Shown here: positions 1-8,680 of the stretch, one piece after another | Layout of the letters: each line of letters opens with the position of its first letter | Numbering within the stretch: the first letter of the stretch is position 1 | Assembly (NCBI GenBank): GCA_044440125.1 | Contig: JBITAJ010000012.1 | Span: 32,001 to 96,000 of the forward strand | Direction: 5' to 3' | From: Sedimentisphaeraceae bacterium JB056 | GTDB lineage: Bacteria; Planctomycetota; Phycisphaerae; Sedimentisphaerales; Sedimentisphaeraceae | DNA: 64,000 nt | Translations under genes and position numbers: made by a program | The notes under the pieces: generated by a model | What the model saw: only the letters and a program-made list of their open reading frames with translations | What the model was told of the DNA's origin: nothing | Databases searched by the model: none

Positions 1-106
1 AAATTTCAGAATAATCTTGAAAAAAGCCTTTGATAGCAGTATTATAAGGAATTATGATAGTGATATACTTTTACTTATTCTGTTAAAGATGATTTGAGGA
101 AATCTT

Positions 107-940
107 ATGAGCAAACCTTCTTCCTGTAAATTTAAAGTACTCAGGACCGGCGTTAAATATTATCATGCTTCGGATTATTTCCTTTACAGGTCTCACGGTT
201 CTGGTGACTATATATTTATAAAATTTCTGAGTAAGGCGACGATTGAATTTCTTGGTGAAAAGCATTTTGTTGAGCCGGGTAACTGTATATTTTTTTCCCC
301 TAAATGTGCTCATCGCCTGAGTGGTTATAAAGATGAGGGTCTTGCCAATGACTGGCTGCATTTTATAGGGCAAAATGGAAGAAAAATAATGGCGAAATAT
401 GATTTGCCTATTAACACTGTTATCCCTACCGTTAATATTTCATTTGTTCGTGGTATTATAAACAATATCAAAAAAGAGATAAGTGAAAGTCAGATGCTTC
501 ATAGTGATAGGATGGCTGAAATATTGTTTGAGACGTTGTGTTTGAATATTTCACGAAGTCTTGAAGCGGAACACGAATTCAGGTTGAGTTCATCGAAGAG
601 GGAGCATTTTGATAATTTCAGGAAATTAAGACGCAAAATGCTTGAGACATTCTGTGAAGACTGGACAGTTGAAAAGATGGCGGCAGAGGTTTATATGAGC
701 TGTTCGCGTTTTGCAGTATTGTATAAAGAGTTTTTCGGTACATCTCCAATTGCAGAATTGCTTGAGGTGAGGATAAGTAATGCCAAATGGCTTCTGACGA
801 GTACAACATGTTCTGTTAAATCAATTGCACGGCAGAGCGGTTTTAAGAATGTGTACTATTTCAGTCGTAAATTCAATGAGTATGTTGGTTGTCCGCCGAC
901 AAAATATTATACAAATTATGTAAAAAATGTTGATGATTAA
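107..940 (+). CDS. AraC-family transcriptional regulator
   Basis: N-terminal cupin-like region; C-terminal double HTH 'WTVEKMAAEVYMSCSRFAVLYKEFFG...AKWLL...SVKSIARQSGFKNVYYFSRKFNEYVGCPP'. Confidence 0.92.
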   Translation: MSKPSSCKFKVLRTGVKYYHASDYFLYRSHGSGDYIFIKFLSKATIEFLGEKHFVEPGNCIFFSPKCAHRLSGYKDEGLANDWLHFIGQNGRKIMAKYDLPINTVIPTVNISFVRGIINNIKKEISESQMLHSDRMAEILFETLCLNISRSLEAEHEFRLSSSKREHFDNFRKLRRKMLETFCEDWTVEKMAAEVYMSCSRFAVLYKEFFGTSPIAELLEVRISNAKWLLTSTTCSVKSIARQSGFKNVYYFSRKFNEYVGCPPTKYYTNYVKNVDD

Positions 941-941
941 A

Positions 942-970
942 AAAGGCTGTAGAAATTTTCTACAGCCTTT
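942..970. terminator. Bidirectional intrinsic terminator
   Basis: AAAGGCTGTAGAAA-t-TTTCTACAGCCTTT inverted repeat between convergent genes. Confidence 0.8.
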
Positions 971-991
971 AGAAATCTCAGAAAAATATAT

Positions 992-2572
992 TTACTCTGG
1001 TGATACGATACTGTCGGCAAGCCAGTAAGCAGCGAAGGCTGCCATGTCATCAAGGTTTACAACACAGTCACCTGTAACATCGTAATCCTGACCGCCGCAT
1101 TGCCATGATGTCATGGAATCAATACCTGCATCGTAGTTGGCCTGTACCTCAGCTTGTGTCAGCAGGCGATTGTAGATACGGACAGCAGCTATATCACCTA
1201 CGTAATAGATGTCATCCCTATAGGTTCCGAATCGAATATCATCAGTTTTGAAGTAGAAATCGTCAATAGAAGATGCAGTAACGCTCTGTACACCATGCGT
1301 TACTCTTGTCCCGCCGTTGACATATATGTCGTGATTGATTTCGATTTTGCCGGTGGTGGAATTGTATTGAGCAGCATATTTGACGAATACTACATGTACC
1401 CAATCAGTAGCACTGTAATCAAGGATGTATCCAGAATGATAATAGAAAGCTCCTGTTGTTGATGTTGCGGCTGTTTCATTATCTCTTTGCAGGAATGCGA
1501 TCGCGTATTTGCCGGTTGCGGCATCACATCTGGTTTCCAAACGCCAGCCTGTATCTGCTCCGTCGCAATTTCCTACGATCATGCCTCTTCCTTTAGAGTT
1601 GGCGATTGCTGCCGGCATTCTGATCCATGCTTCGATTGTGCACCAGTCATCGTCAACAAAACTCAGATTGTCGTGTGTCTCTAAACCAGTTGCCTGATCT
1701 TTAGTGTTGCCGGCTCCTCTATCAGTAAATTCGTAGAACCAGTTGTAAGTGCCTGCCGTTGCATCGGCTGTTTCAGCTGTCAATACCGGTTTGCCCTCAA
1801 GCAAACCATCGCCAGAGCCTAAAACCGGTGTCCAGTAGTCATTTACAAGATCACCGGCATCTGCAGCATTTGCTTCGAAAGCAAGGCCGTTTGAGATGAC
1901 TACTTCGCCAAAAAGGAGATCCGTAGGTACGTAATTAGGCTCGTTTGTCCAGAAGATAGCATCAATTCTCTCTGAGTTTTCGCCGGCTTCTCTTTCGTTT
2001 ATTCTGAATACAATCTTGCCGTCAGTGTCGAGAGAGAATTCTTTTTCTACGCCGGAGGTGGTGGAGTCTGCACCGAGCCATATCCATTTGCCTGCACCTG
2101 CACCGTCATTGCCTGGCAGATCATTGCCAAGAATATCATCTTCATCGGTTACTCCGGCTATTGCTGTTGAGTACCATGATTCTCCTGAACCATCGCCTGA
2201 GTCATTTTTGACAACCAGATAATTAGCCTCTTCATCATCTGCTGCAGGCTGATTAACCCTAACCCAGCAATACCAGTTGCCGCTAAGCTCTATCGCAGGA
2301 TCCGGCAAATCAGCAGAATCAATTGAATATTCGGCCCACCACTGATCTATCTGGGTTTTATTCGAGTACTCAGAAAAATAAAGAGCACTTCCTGATGTGT
2401 TCCATGCTTCTGTGTCTACTGTGAATTGATCTGTCTTGGAATCATAATTTTCTGCTTCAATCCAGATGGAAACATTTCCTGTTGATGAATTGTAGTCTAT
2501 TCTGCAATCAGAAGCGATTGCAAGACTGCAGAAAACAATGAAAAAAAGCACGCATGATCTAATCATAATCAT
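992..2572 (-). CDS. Secreted LamG-like jelly-roll protein with C-terminal dockerin-like motif
   Basis: Signal peptide; 'TIEAWIR...WVHVVFV...YVNG...GDIAAVRIYNRLLTQAEVQANY' (LamG-like); C-terminal 'DVTGDCVVNLDDMAAFAAYWL'. Confidence 0.8.
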   Translation of the reverse strand: MIMIRSCVLFFIVFCSLAIASDCRIDYNSSTGNVSIWIEAENYDSKTDQFTVDTEAWNTSGSALYFSEYSNKTQIDQWWAEYSIDSADLPDPAIELSGNWYCWVRVNQPAADDEEANYLVVKNDSGDGSGESWYSTAIAGVTDEDDILGNDLPGNDGAGAGKWIWLGADSTTSGVEKEFSLDTDGKIVFRINEREAGENSERIDAIFWTNEPNYVPTDLLFGEVVISNGLAFEANAADAGDLVNDYWTPVLGSGDGLLEGKPVLTAETADATAGTYNWFYEFTDRGAGNTKDQATGLETHDNLSFVDDDWCTIEAWIRMPAAIANSKGRGMIVGNCDGADTGWRLETRCDAATGKYAIAFLQRDNETAATSTTGAFYYHSGYILDYSATDWVHVVFVKYAAQYNSTTGKIEINHDIYVNGGTRVTHGVQSVTASSIDDFYFKTDDIRFGTYRDDIYYVGDIAAVRIYNRLLTQAEVQANYDAGIDSMTSWQCGGQDYDVTGDCVVNLDDMAAFAAYWLADSIVSPE

Positions 2573-2897
2573 TTCTCCTTAAACAAATAAAGTTTTAGTA
2601 TCCAAATTATGCAATAGCATTGTTTGGATTTGTACACAATTCATACCTTAAACTGTAGCTGCAGCTATATATCCTGCCTTATGCAGAAATATCAAAGTTT
2701 ACAGTTGGATTATAATACTTCAGAGGTTCGATGGCAATACATAATAAAATTGTTCTTTTAACTTATTCTTTTAAGTTGTGTTTTGCTTTTATACTAAAAA
2801 TAAAAGAAATGTCCAAAAGTTAGAGAGGATTATAAATTGCAATAATGCGTTTAATAGCGTAGAATAGCCAACGTTACCTTGTTTAGGATAAGATTAA

Positions 2898-4553
2898 ATG
2901 GAGCTATTAAGAATGAAAAATCAAAACAGGAAGAATGTTGTATTTACCTTTTCTATTATGTTGCTTATTGGGGTCTTGCTACCATCTATAGGTGAATCTT
3001 CGCAGGGCAAGGTGTATGATCCGCCTTTTAATGTGCTGTACAGTAACGACACTACTAATATATTGACATGTGAAAGCTATTTTCATAAGGCTGGTGAGCC
3101 TATTAATATGGGGATGCTGGATGCTGTTGTTGACGAGACGGCAGGTACAGGGATTGATGTTCATATGCTTCAGCCTGGTTTTACATGGGTTCCATTCTGG
3201 CAGAGTAATGTTTTGCCTGTTGAAGAACACGTAAAGTGGTGGAATGAAACATATCCGGGCGTTGGTGTAAGCGGTTATTTGCAAATGGTATTGGAAGGGA
3301 ATGATTTTGTCGAGTCATTTGTAGACCGGTGTAAAAAAGATGAACTTACACCATTTATTTCGATACGCCTTAATGACAAACACTTGCTGAATGAAATAGA
3401 TGCTCCTGAACATGAAGGCAGGTCTGTTCACATAAGCAAGTTTTATTGCGACCATCTTGACTACCGGATTGGTGAAGACAAAAACGACCAATACCAGAGA
3501 GTACATAACTGGGCAATACCGGAAGCCAGAGAGTATAAATTCAAATTCATAAAAGAGATATGTGAGAATTACGACATATCCGGTTTGGAACTTGACTTTA
3601 TGCGTCATCCGAATTTCTTCAGGCTCTACGAGACTACTTCTGAACAAAGAGCTAAAATAATGGCTGATTTTGTCAGAGACGTGCGGAATCTGCTTGATAG
3701 GACGGCAAAAAAAGATACTCACAGGTGGTTGTCGGTGAGAATACCGGCTTATATTGCATGTCATGATCCGTTGGGAATCAATCTCAAGGAGTTTGAAAAG
3801 GCTGGTGTTGATATCTTTAATATATCTGCATACTTTTTTACAGATCAGCAAAGCGATATAAAGAGAATTGCTGAAATAATTCCTGATTCTGCAAAATATC
3901 TTGAGATGACTCAATGTTCGGCTATTGGTAAGACTGTTGCTAAGGGAATTGACAACTTTGAGTTCAGGCGCACGACAGATGAACAATTCTATACAACCGC
4001 TCATCTTGCGTATTCTTTCGGGTTTAAGGGAGTGAGTGTGTTTAATTTCGCTTACTACAGAAAGCATGGCGATGGTGATAGGGGAGTGTTTAATGAGCCG
4101 CCTTTCCATGTATTCAATAATATTGCTGACAGAGATTGGGTTGCCAAGCAAAAGCAACATTATTTTGTAGGTAAAATCTGGAATCATCCGCGTAAGCCGT
4201 ATCTTGCTTTGCCGCAAAGACTTGAGAAAGGCAACCACTATATCTGTCTTCAGCTTAATATGGTTCCGCCTGCAGGTGGTTGGAAAAAGGATGCGAGAAT
4301 GAGGTTGCAGGCTGATAAGGCATGGAGCGGACAGAAGATAATTATGAGATTCAACAATACTAATCTCCGTACAAATAAACTGATCGAAGAGCCGTATTCT
4401 ATACCTTATGAGTCGGGTATCGGAAAGGCTGAGCAATATAGAGGGTATACTATTCCGAAAGAAATTTTGGCTGACGGCACAAACCAGATAGAATTTAAGC
4501 TTGCCGATGGCGAACCTTTCAATCTTATATATCTTGACATTGCTGCAGAATAA
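2898..4553 (+). CDS. Secreted putative glycoside hydrolase (TIM-barrel, GHL10-like), family uncertain
   Basis: Signal peptide; 'FISIRLNDKH...HNWAIPEAREYKFKFIKEICENYDISGLELDFMRHP' resembles GHL10/DUF187-like barrels; C-terminal beta domain. Confidence 0.55.
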   Translation: MELLRMKNQNRKNVVFTFSIMLLIGVLLPSIGESSQGKVYDPPFNVLYSNDTTNILTCESYFHKAGEPINMGMLDAVVDETAGTGIDVHMLQPGFTWVPFWQSNVLPVEEHVKWWNETYPGVGVSGYLQMVLEGNDFVESFVDRCKKDELTPFISIRLNDKHLLNEIDAPEHEGRSVHISKFYCDHLDYRIGEDKNDQYQRVHNWAIPEAREYKFKFIKEICENYDISGLELDFMRHPNFFRLYETTSEQRAKIMADFVRDVRNLLDRTAKKDTHRWLSVRIPAYIACHDPLGINLKEFEKAGVDIFNISAYFFTDQQSDIKRIAEIIPDSAKYLEMTQCSAIGKTVAKGIDNFEFRRTTDEQFYTTAHLAYSFGFKGVSVFNFAYYRKHGDGDRGVFNEPPFHVFNNIADRDWVAKQKQHYFVGKIWNHPRKPYLALPQRLEKGNHYICLQLNMVPPAGGWKKDARMRLQADKAWSGQKIIMRFNNTNLRTNKLIEEPYSIPYESGIGKAEQYRGYTIPKEILADGTNQIEFKLADGEPFNLIYLDIAAE

Positions 4554-4577
4554 TACTTAGATGTTTTGCAATAAAAA

Positions 4578-4606
4578 AGCCGGTTAAATCTTGATTTTAA
4601 CCGGCT
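4578..4606. terminator. Intrinsic terminator between convergent genes
   Basis: AGCCGGTTAAA-N7-TTTAACCGGCT, preceded by an A-run (U-tail on the minus strand). Confidence 0.75.
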
Positions 4607-4644
4607 GAAAGATTGTTTTAATTTATAATTGTAGAATATTGGGC

Positions 4645-5367
4645 TTAGCTTGATCTTTTTCTGCGTATGAAGAATCCGCCTAAGCCGATTAGGGCCAATG
4701 TTGCGGGTTCTGGAACTGCTACATATTCCAGTGTCAAAGTTGCCGCGGCTTCTGTTTCTCTTACACCGAAGATATCGAGAGATGTTGACTCGCCTGAGTG
4801 GCGTGAAATCATGAATGTAACGTTCTCGTCAGTATCGCCGTTGAGGAAATTGAGTAAGCTTGCTCCGGAGATGCTGTAAGTGTCTCCGCCTGCTCCGCCG
4901 TAATTGTATCCAACCACCTGGAAATCGCCAAGCATAGAGCTTTCTGCGGGGTCAAATGTTGTCTCACTCGTTGTGTCGTTACCGGGTGCATTGTTCCATG
5001 TAAGCCCCATAGTATATGGGTCGCCTGGATTACGGGCGGAATTGATTTCTTCCCAATCATTTGCTGTAACATCATCGTCAAGACCGTAAATGTCATAGGT
5101 CGAATTCCATGCACCGGCGATGTCACGGCTAAGAGTAAGAGTTGCTGAGGTGACATAATCTATGTCTGTAGGCAACTCAAAACGCATGTATCCTTTTATC
5201 CCATTGTCGCTTACGCTGGAAACCCACATTCCGCTGCGATTGGAGAGGCCGTAATCAGGAGCGACTTGCCTGATATCCGTATCGGCAGCAGCACCAAGCT
5301 GGACCGAAGCTGCTGAAGAAATACCTGCCAAGGCAGTAATCATCAGCAATATCAATAATTTTCTCAT
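4645..5367 (-). CDS. PEP-CTERM surface protein with one DNRLRE-like domain
   Basis: Signal peptide MRKLLIL...; C-terminal VPEPATLALIGLGGFFIRRKRSS; 'ADTDIR...KGYMRFELP...SATLTL...LTWNNAP'; start moved to the ATG at 5367 after GAAAGG. Confidence 0.9.
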   Translation of the reverse strand: MRKLLILLMITALAGISSAASVQLGAAADTDIRQVAPDYGLSNRSGMWVSSVSDNGIKGYMRFELPTDIDYVTSATLTLSRDIAGAWNSTYDIYGLDDDVTANDWEEINSARNPGDPYTMGLTWNNAPGNDTTSETTFDPAESSMLGDFQVVGYNYGGAGGDTYSISGASLLNFLNGDTDENVTFMISRHSGESTSLDIFGVRETEAAATLTLEYVAVPEPATLALIGLGGFFIRRKRSS

Positions 5368-5408
5368 AACAAAACCTTTCATAAAAAACAATCAACTAAT
5401 TAAATATC

Positions 5409-6218
5409 CTACCAGAAATAATCGCGACCGGCTGAAGGCCAGTGGTCATATTTTCCGGGGATTCTCGTGTCGTTGAGAAGTGTCTTTCCATCATCTCTTT
5501 CAGGTCCCATTTCATCTGCGTCAACCCATTCAACGCTGCCATCAACGTAAAGCCTGTTCGAGCCATCGGGTATTACAACGCCATTTTTACTTTTACCTGG
5601 ATGAGCAATTACTGTAGCCTCTGCATTCCAGTCGTTAGCCCATCTGATATTCAAGTCTGCACAAAGAATCTTATCAGAACGGTCTGTAGGTTTCTGGGCG
5701 CATTCTTCGACTGTTTTAGGCTCAGGAATAGTCATGTTGACCAGTCCAACTAAATTGACCAGTCCCATATATCTCGGATAGGGAGCGTCTCCATTGCGGG
5801 GCAGATCTTCCTGGCTAAAGTCGACATCTCCAAGAAAACCTCTTTTAGCTCCCTTGCTTCTTAAAGAAGGGCAAACCCAAAATTCAGCTTCTATGCCGTA
5901 ACCTGTTTTCAATACTTGATATACATTATCGCCCAAGAAGTAAGGTACTACGCCGGAGATTTCATTTCCGATTGGTATATGAACTTCCTTGCCGCCTTGA
6001 GTTGTACATCTGGGTATCCATTGTCCATAATCATTAGCATAGGCAAGATGGGTAACACCAACTTGATGAAAATTTGATGAACAAATTACTTTTTTTGCCT
6101 GTTTTCTTGCCATAGTAAGAGCAGGCATCATAATGCTCATAAGCACGGCAATTATCGAAATTACCACCAGCAGTTCTATTAATGTGAATGCTTGGCGTTT
6201 ATTTAGTCTTTCCATCAT
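5409..6218 (-). CDS. Prepilin-type N-terminal cleavage/methylation protein (DUF1559/H-X9-DG-like)
   Basis: 'AFTLIELLVVISIIAVLMSIMMPAL..AR..AK...CSSN.HQ'; C-terminal 'H...GSNRLYVDGSVEW'. Confidence 0.9.
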   Translation of the reverse strand: MMERLNKRQAFTLIELLVVISIIAVLMSIMMPALTMARKQAKKVICSSNFHQVGVTHLAYANDYGQWIPRCTTQGGKEVHIPIGNEISGVVPYFLGDNVYQVLKTGYGIEAEFWVCPSLRSKGAKRGFLGDVDFSQEDLPRNGDAPYPRYMGLVNLVGLVNMTIPEPKTVEECAQKPTDRSDKILCADLNIRWANDWNAEATVIAHPGKSKNGVVIPDGSNRLYVDGSVEWVDADEMGPERDDGKTLLNDTRIPGKYDHWPSAGRDYFW

Positions 6219-6253
6219 AAAGCTCCTGTTTACATCAGTTTATATGTTTCAAC

Positions 6254-7303
6254 TTATGCGGATTCCCTTTCGATGATATCCGCTTTTATCAGTACCGATT
6301 TATCTTTTTTCTTGTCTTTTTCTATCATGTCGACCAGCAGATTTACCGCTTCATGAGCTACATCTGCAAATTTCTGGTCTGTTGTGGTTAGTTGCGGGGA
6401 TATAAGTCTTCCGATGTCGTAATTGCCGCTTCCTGCAACGGCTACGTCATCCGGGACTCTGATACCGGCATTCTTCAATTGTGTTATTATCTGTACCGCA
6501 AGATGATCATTGGCGGTAAAAACCACATCTGCTTTTGCCTGTCGAATGGTTTTCTCTATAAAAATATCTGTGTATTTTGGCGGTGTGTACCAGCTGTCGC
6601 CGTTAAGCCCATGATCTGTAGCGACCCATATAAGGTCTTTTTCGATTTCCAGCCCTAAGCGTCGGGACGACTTTATATATCCGTTGTACAAAGACTGCGG
6701 AGAGTGCCAGTCGAGGTTTGTTGTGGCAAAAGCTATTCTTCGATGCCCTTTATTGTACAGATATTCCATCATTTGGATTGCGCTGTCTTCGTAATCGAAG
6801 GCGGCAAACGTTGCATTTGATATAGAAGGAGGGTCTATGAACACTACCTTGGAGAATTTCTGAGAAACTACCTTTGGAATATCAATGTCGGGTTCAGGAT
6901 AGATATGGTGCATACATATCACGCCGTCAACTCCTCTGCTTATCAGTTCATCAACTGCCTCGTCTATTGATGCAGGAGTAGGGTATTCGTGAACGATTAT
7001 AAGATGATAACCGGCTTCCTTTGCCTTGAATCCCATTTGTGCCAGTCTTATACTGTTTATCATAAGTGGTTTTGGGTCCATCAGGATGCCGATGGTCTTG
7101 CTGCGTTTACCAGCGAGTTGCCTGGCGGCTTGATTAGGACGGTAGTTTAGCTTTTCAGCGATTTCACGAATTCGCTGAGCGGTTTCCTCCGCAACACGGA
7201 TATTTTTTCCGCCTGAACCCTGCAGCACGTATCCAACAGTTGTTGGTGAGACCTTGGCCTCACGAGCTATGTCAATAAGCCTGACTGGTTTTGTAGTCGG
7301 CAT
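6254..7303 (-). CDS. LacI-family transcriptional regulator
   Basis: 'LIDIAREAKVSPTTVGYVL...LNYRPNQAARQL'; 'IRVPDDVAVAG...PQLTT'; start may be 7303 or 7318. Confidence 0.93.
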   Translation of the reverse strand: MPTTKPVRLIDIAREAKVSPTTVGYVLQGSGGKNIRVAEETAQRIREIAEKLNYRPNQAARQLAGKRSKTIGILMDPKPLMINSIRLAQMGFKAKEAGYHLIIVHEYPTPASIDEAVDELISRGVDGVICMHHIYPEPDIDIPKVVSQKFSKVVFIDPPSISNATFAAFDYEDSAIQMMEYLYNKGHRRIAFATTNLDWHSPQSLYNGYIKSSRRLGLEIEKDLIWVATDHGLNGDSWYTPPKYTDIFIEKTIRQAKADVVFTANDHLAVQIITQLKNAGIRVPDDVAVAGSGNYDIGRLISPQLTTTDQKFADVAHEAVNLLVDMIEKDKKKDKSVLIKADIIERESA

Positions 7304-7346
7304 TTTTCTTTCTTTCATAATTTTTAATTTTTTTGTGAAAAAACTC

Positions 7347-7375
7347 TTGATTTTGCGTTCTATCAGTGGTAATCT
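7347..7375 (+). promoter_or_regulatory. Putative sigma70 promoter for the 7506+ operon
   Basis: TTGATT-17 bp-TAATCT. Confidence 0.5.
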
Positions 7376-7379
7376 TGTT

Positions 7380-7397
7380 TGATGTAACGCCACATCA
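7380..7397. promoter_or_regulatory. Putative LacI-type operator 1
   Basis: TGATGT-AACGCC-ACATCA imperfect palindrome with central CG, in the divergent lacI intergenic region. Confidence 0.65.
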
Positions 7398-7457
7398 GTT
7401 TTCAGTATAGCACTAAAATTGCGTTATTCAAGCAAATTTTTATTTTTTTGAAAAAAA

Positions 7458-7473
7458 GATTTGGCGTTAAATC
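7458..7473. promoter_or_regulatory. Putative LacI-type operator 2
   Basis: GATTTGGCGTTAAATC; its reverse complement GATTTAACGCCAAATC matches operator 1 core GATGTAACGCCACATC at 14 of 16 positions. Confidence 0.6.
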
Positions 7474-7505
7474 AAAGTTGATAAAAAAAGGAACGTAAGT
7501 ATATA

Positions 7506-8573
7506 ATGGGCAAGAGAAACTTATTAAATCTTCTGAAACGGGAAGGAATCGAGAGAGCAGAGTGTTATTTCACTTTGTGTCCTTCTCTTGAAGCCCAAAT
7601 GTGTGAGCATGTTGCTGATGCGGATTATCAGGACTACTTTGGCTTTTCGATGAGATATGTCGGGCAGCCGGTTTTATCTAAATCTGAATTTGATCCACTT
7701 TGCTATTATTCCGAAGTTCTTAAAGAAGGAACATGCATAGATCGCTGGGGTGTTGCACATTGCCCGGGAAGTGAAGAGGCAATGCATATGACTCAGATGA
7801 TGCACCCACTTTCGGGCAGTATATCGATGGAAACACTGGAGAATTACCCATACCCAGATTTTGCAACTGCCGATTACAGCCAGATTGAGGGGAATGTTAA
7901 GTCTTTTGCTGAGCGTGATATAGCTTCTTTTGCAAAAATGAGTGATATGGTTTGGGAGATATCCTGGTATTTGAGAAGCATGGAAGATTTGATGATGGAT
8001 ATGGCTGTTGATGATGAGAAAGCAGTGTATATTCTTGATAAGGCAACCGAATTAGCTTGCGTTCGTGCTGAGAAGTATGCTGCTCTTGGCGTTGATATTT
8101 TGCATACAGGCGATGATGTAGGCATGCAGCAAAACATGATGTTTTCAGTTGAATTCTGGCAAAAATGGTTAAAACCGCGTATGGCAAAAGTTGTTGAAAC
8201 TGCTAAAGATACAAATCCGAATATCTTGTTTTCGTATCACAGCTGCGGTTTTATTGAGCCTATAATCAACGACCTTATCGAAATAGGAGTTGATGTGCTG
8301 AATCCTGTACAACCTGAATGCATGGATTTTGAAGAAATTCACAACAAATACGGCAACAAGATTTCCTTTTGGGGTACTATAGGTACTCAGACAACTATGC
8401 CGTTTGGCTCGCCTGACGATGTGAGACGGGAAGTTTTGAGAAATCTTGATATTGCGGGTAAGAAAGGCGGGCTGCTTTGTACACCAAGCCACCTGCTTGA
8501 ACCGGAAGTACCTCTTGAGAATATATTGTCATACGTCAAAGCTTGCAGAGATTGGGAGCCAGATGTTGCATAA
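7506..8573 (+). CDS. UroD/MtaA-CmuA-fold protein (putative methyltransferase) 1
   Basis: 'GDDVGMQQNMMFS...YHSCG...IGVDVLNPVQPE...FWGTIGTQTTMPFGSPDDV...PSH'. Confidence 0.88.
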   Translation: MGKRNLLNLLKREGIERAECYFTLCPSLEAQMCEHVADADYQDYFGFSMRYVGQPVLSKSEFDPLCYYSEVLKEGTCIDRWGVAHCPGSEEAMHMTQMMHPLSGSISMETLENYPYPDFATADYSQIEGNVKSFAERDIASFAKMSDMVWEISWYLRSMEDLMMDMAVDDEKAVYILDKATELACVRAEKYAALGVDILHTGDDVGMQQNMMFSVEFWQKWLKPRMAKVVETAKDTNPNILFSYHSCGFIEPIINDLIEIGVDVLNPVQPECMDFEEIHNKYGNKISFWGTIGTQTTMPFGSPDDVRREVLRNLDIAGKKGGLLCTPSHLLEPEVPLENILSYVKACRDWEPDVA

Positions 8574-8680
8574 TGTAAAAAATATGAACAGTGAGACCTT
8601 TTAATGGTCTTAAAAGAATAATGTAGTATGCCGTGCGTGGCGGTGTATAGAGAGAATAACCAATTATCGGAGGCTAAGTT

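Noticed and set aside
3315..4436. 373-aa minus-strand ORF
   Set aside because: Antisense shadow of the 2898..4553 gene; no recognisable motifs
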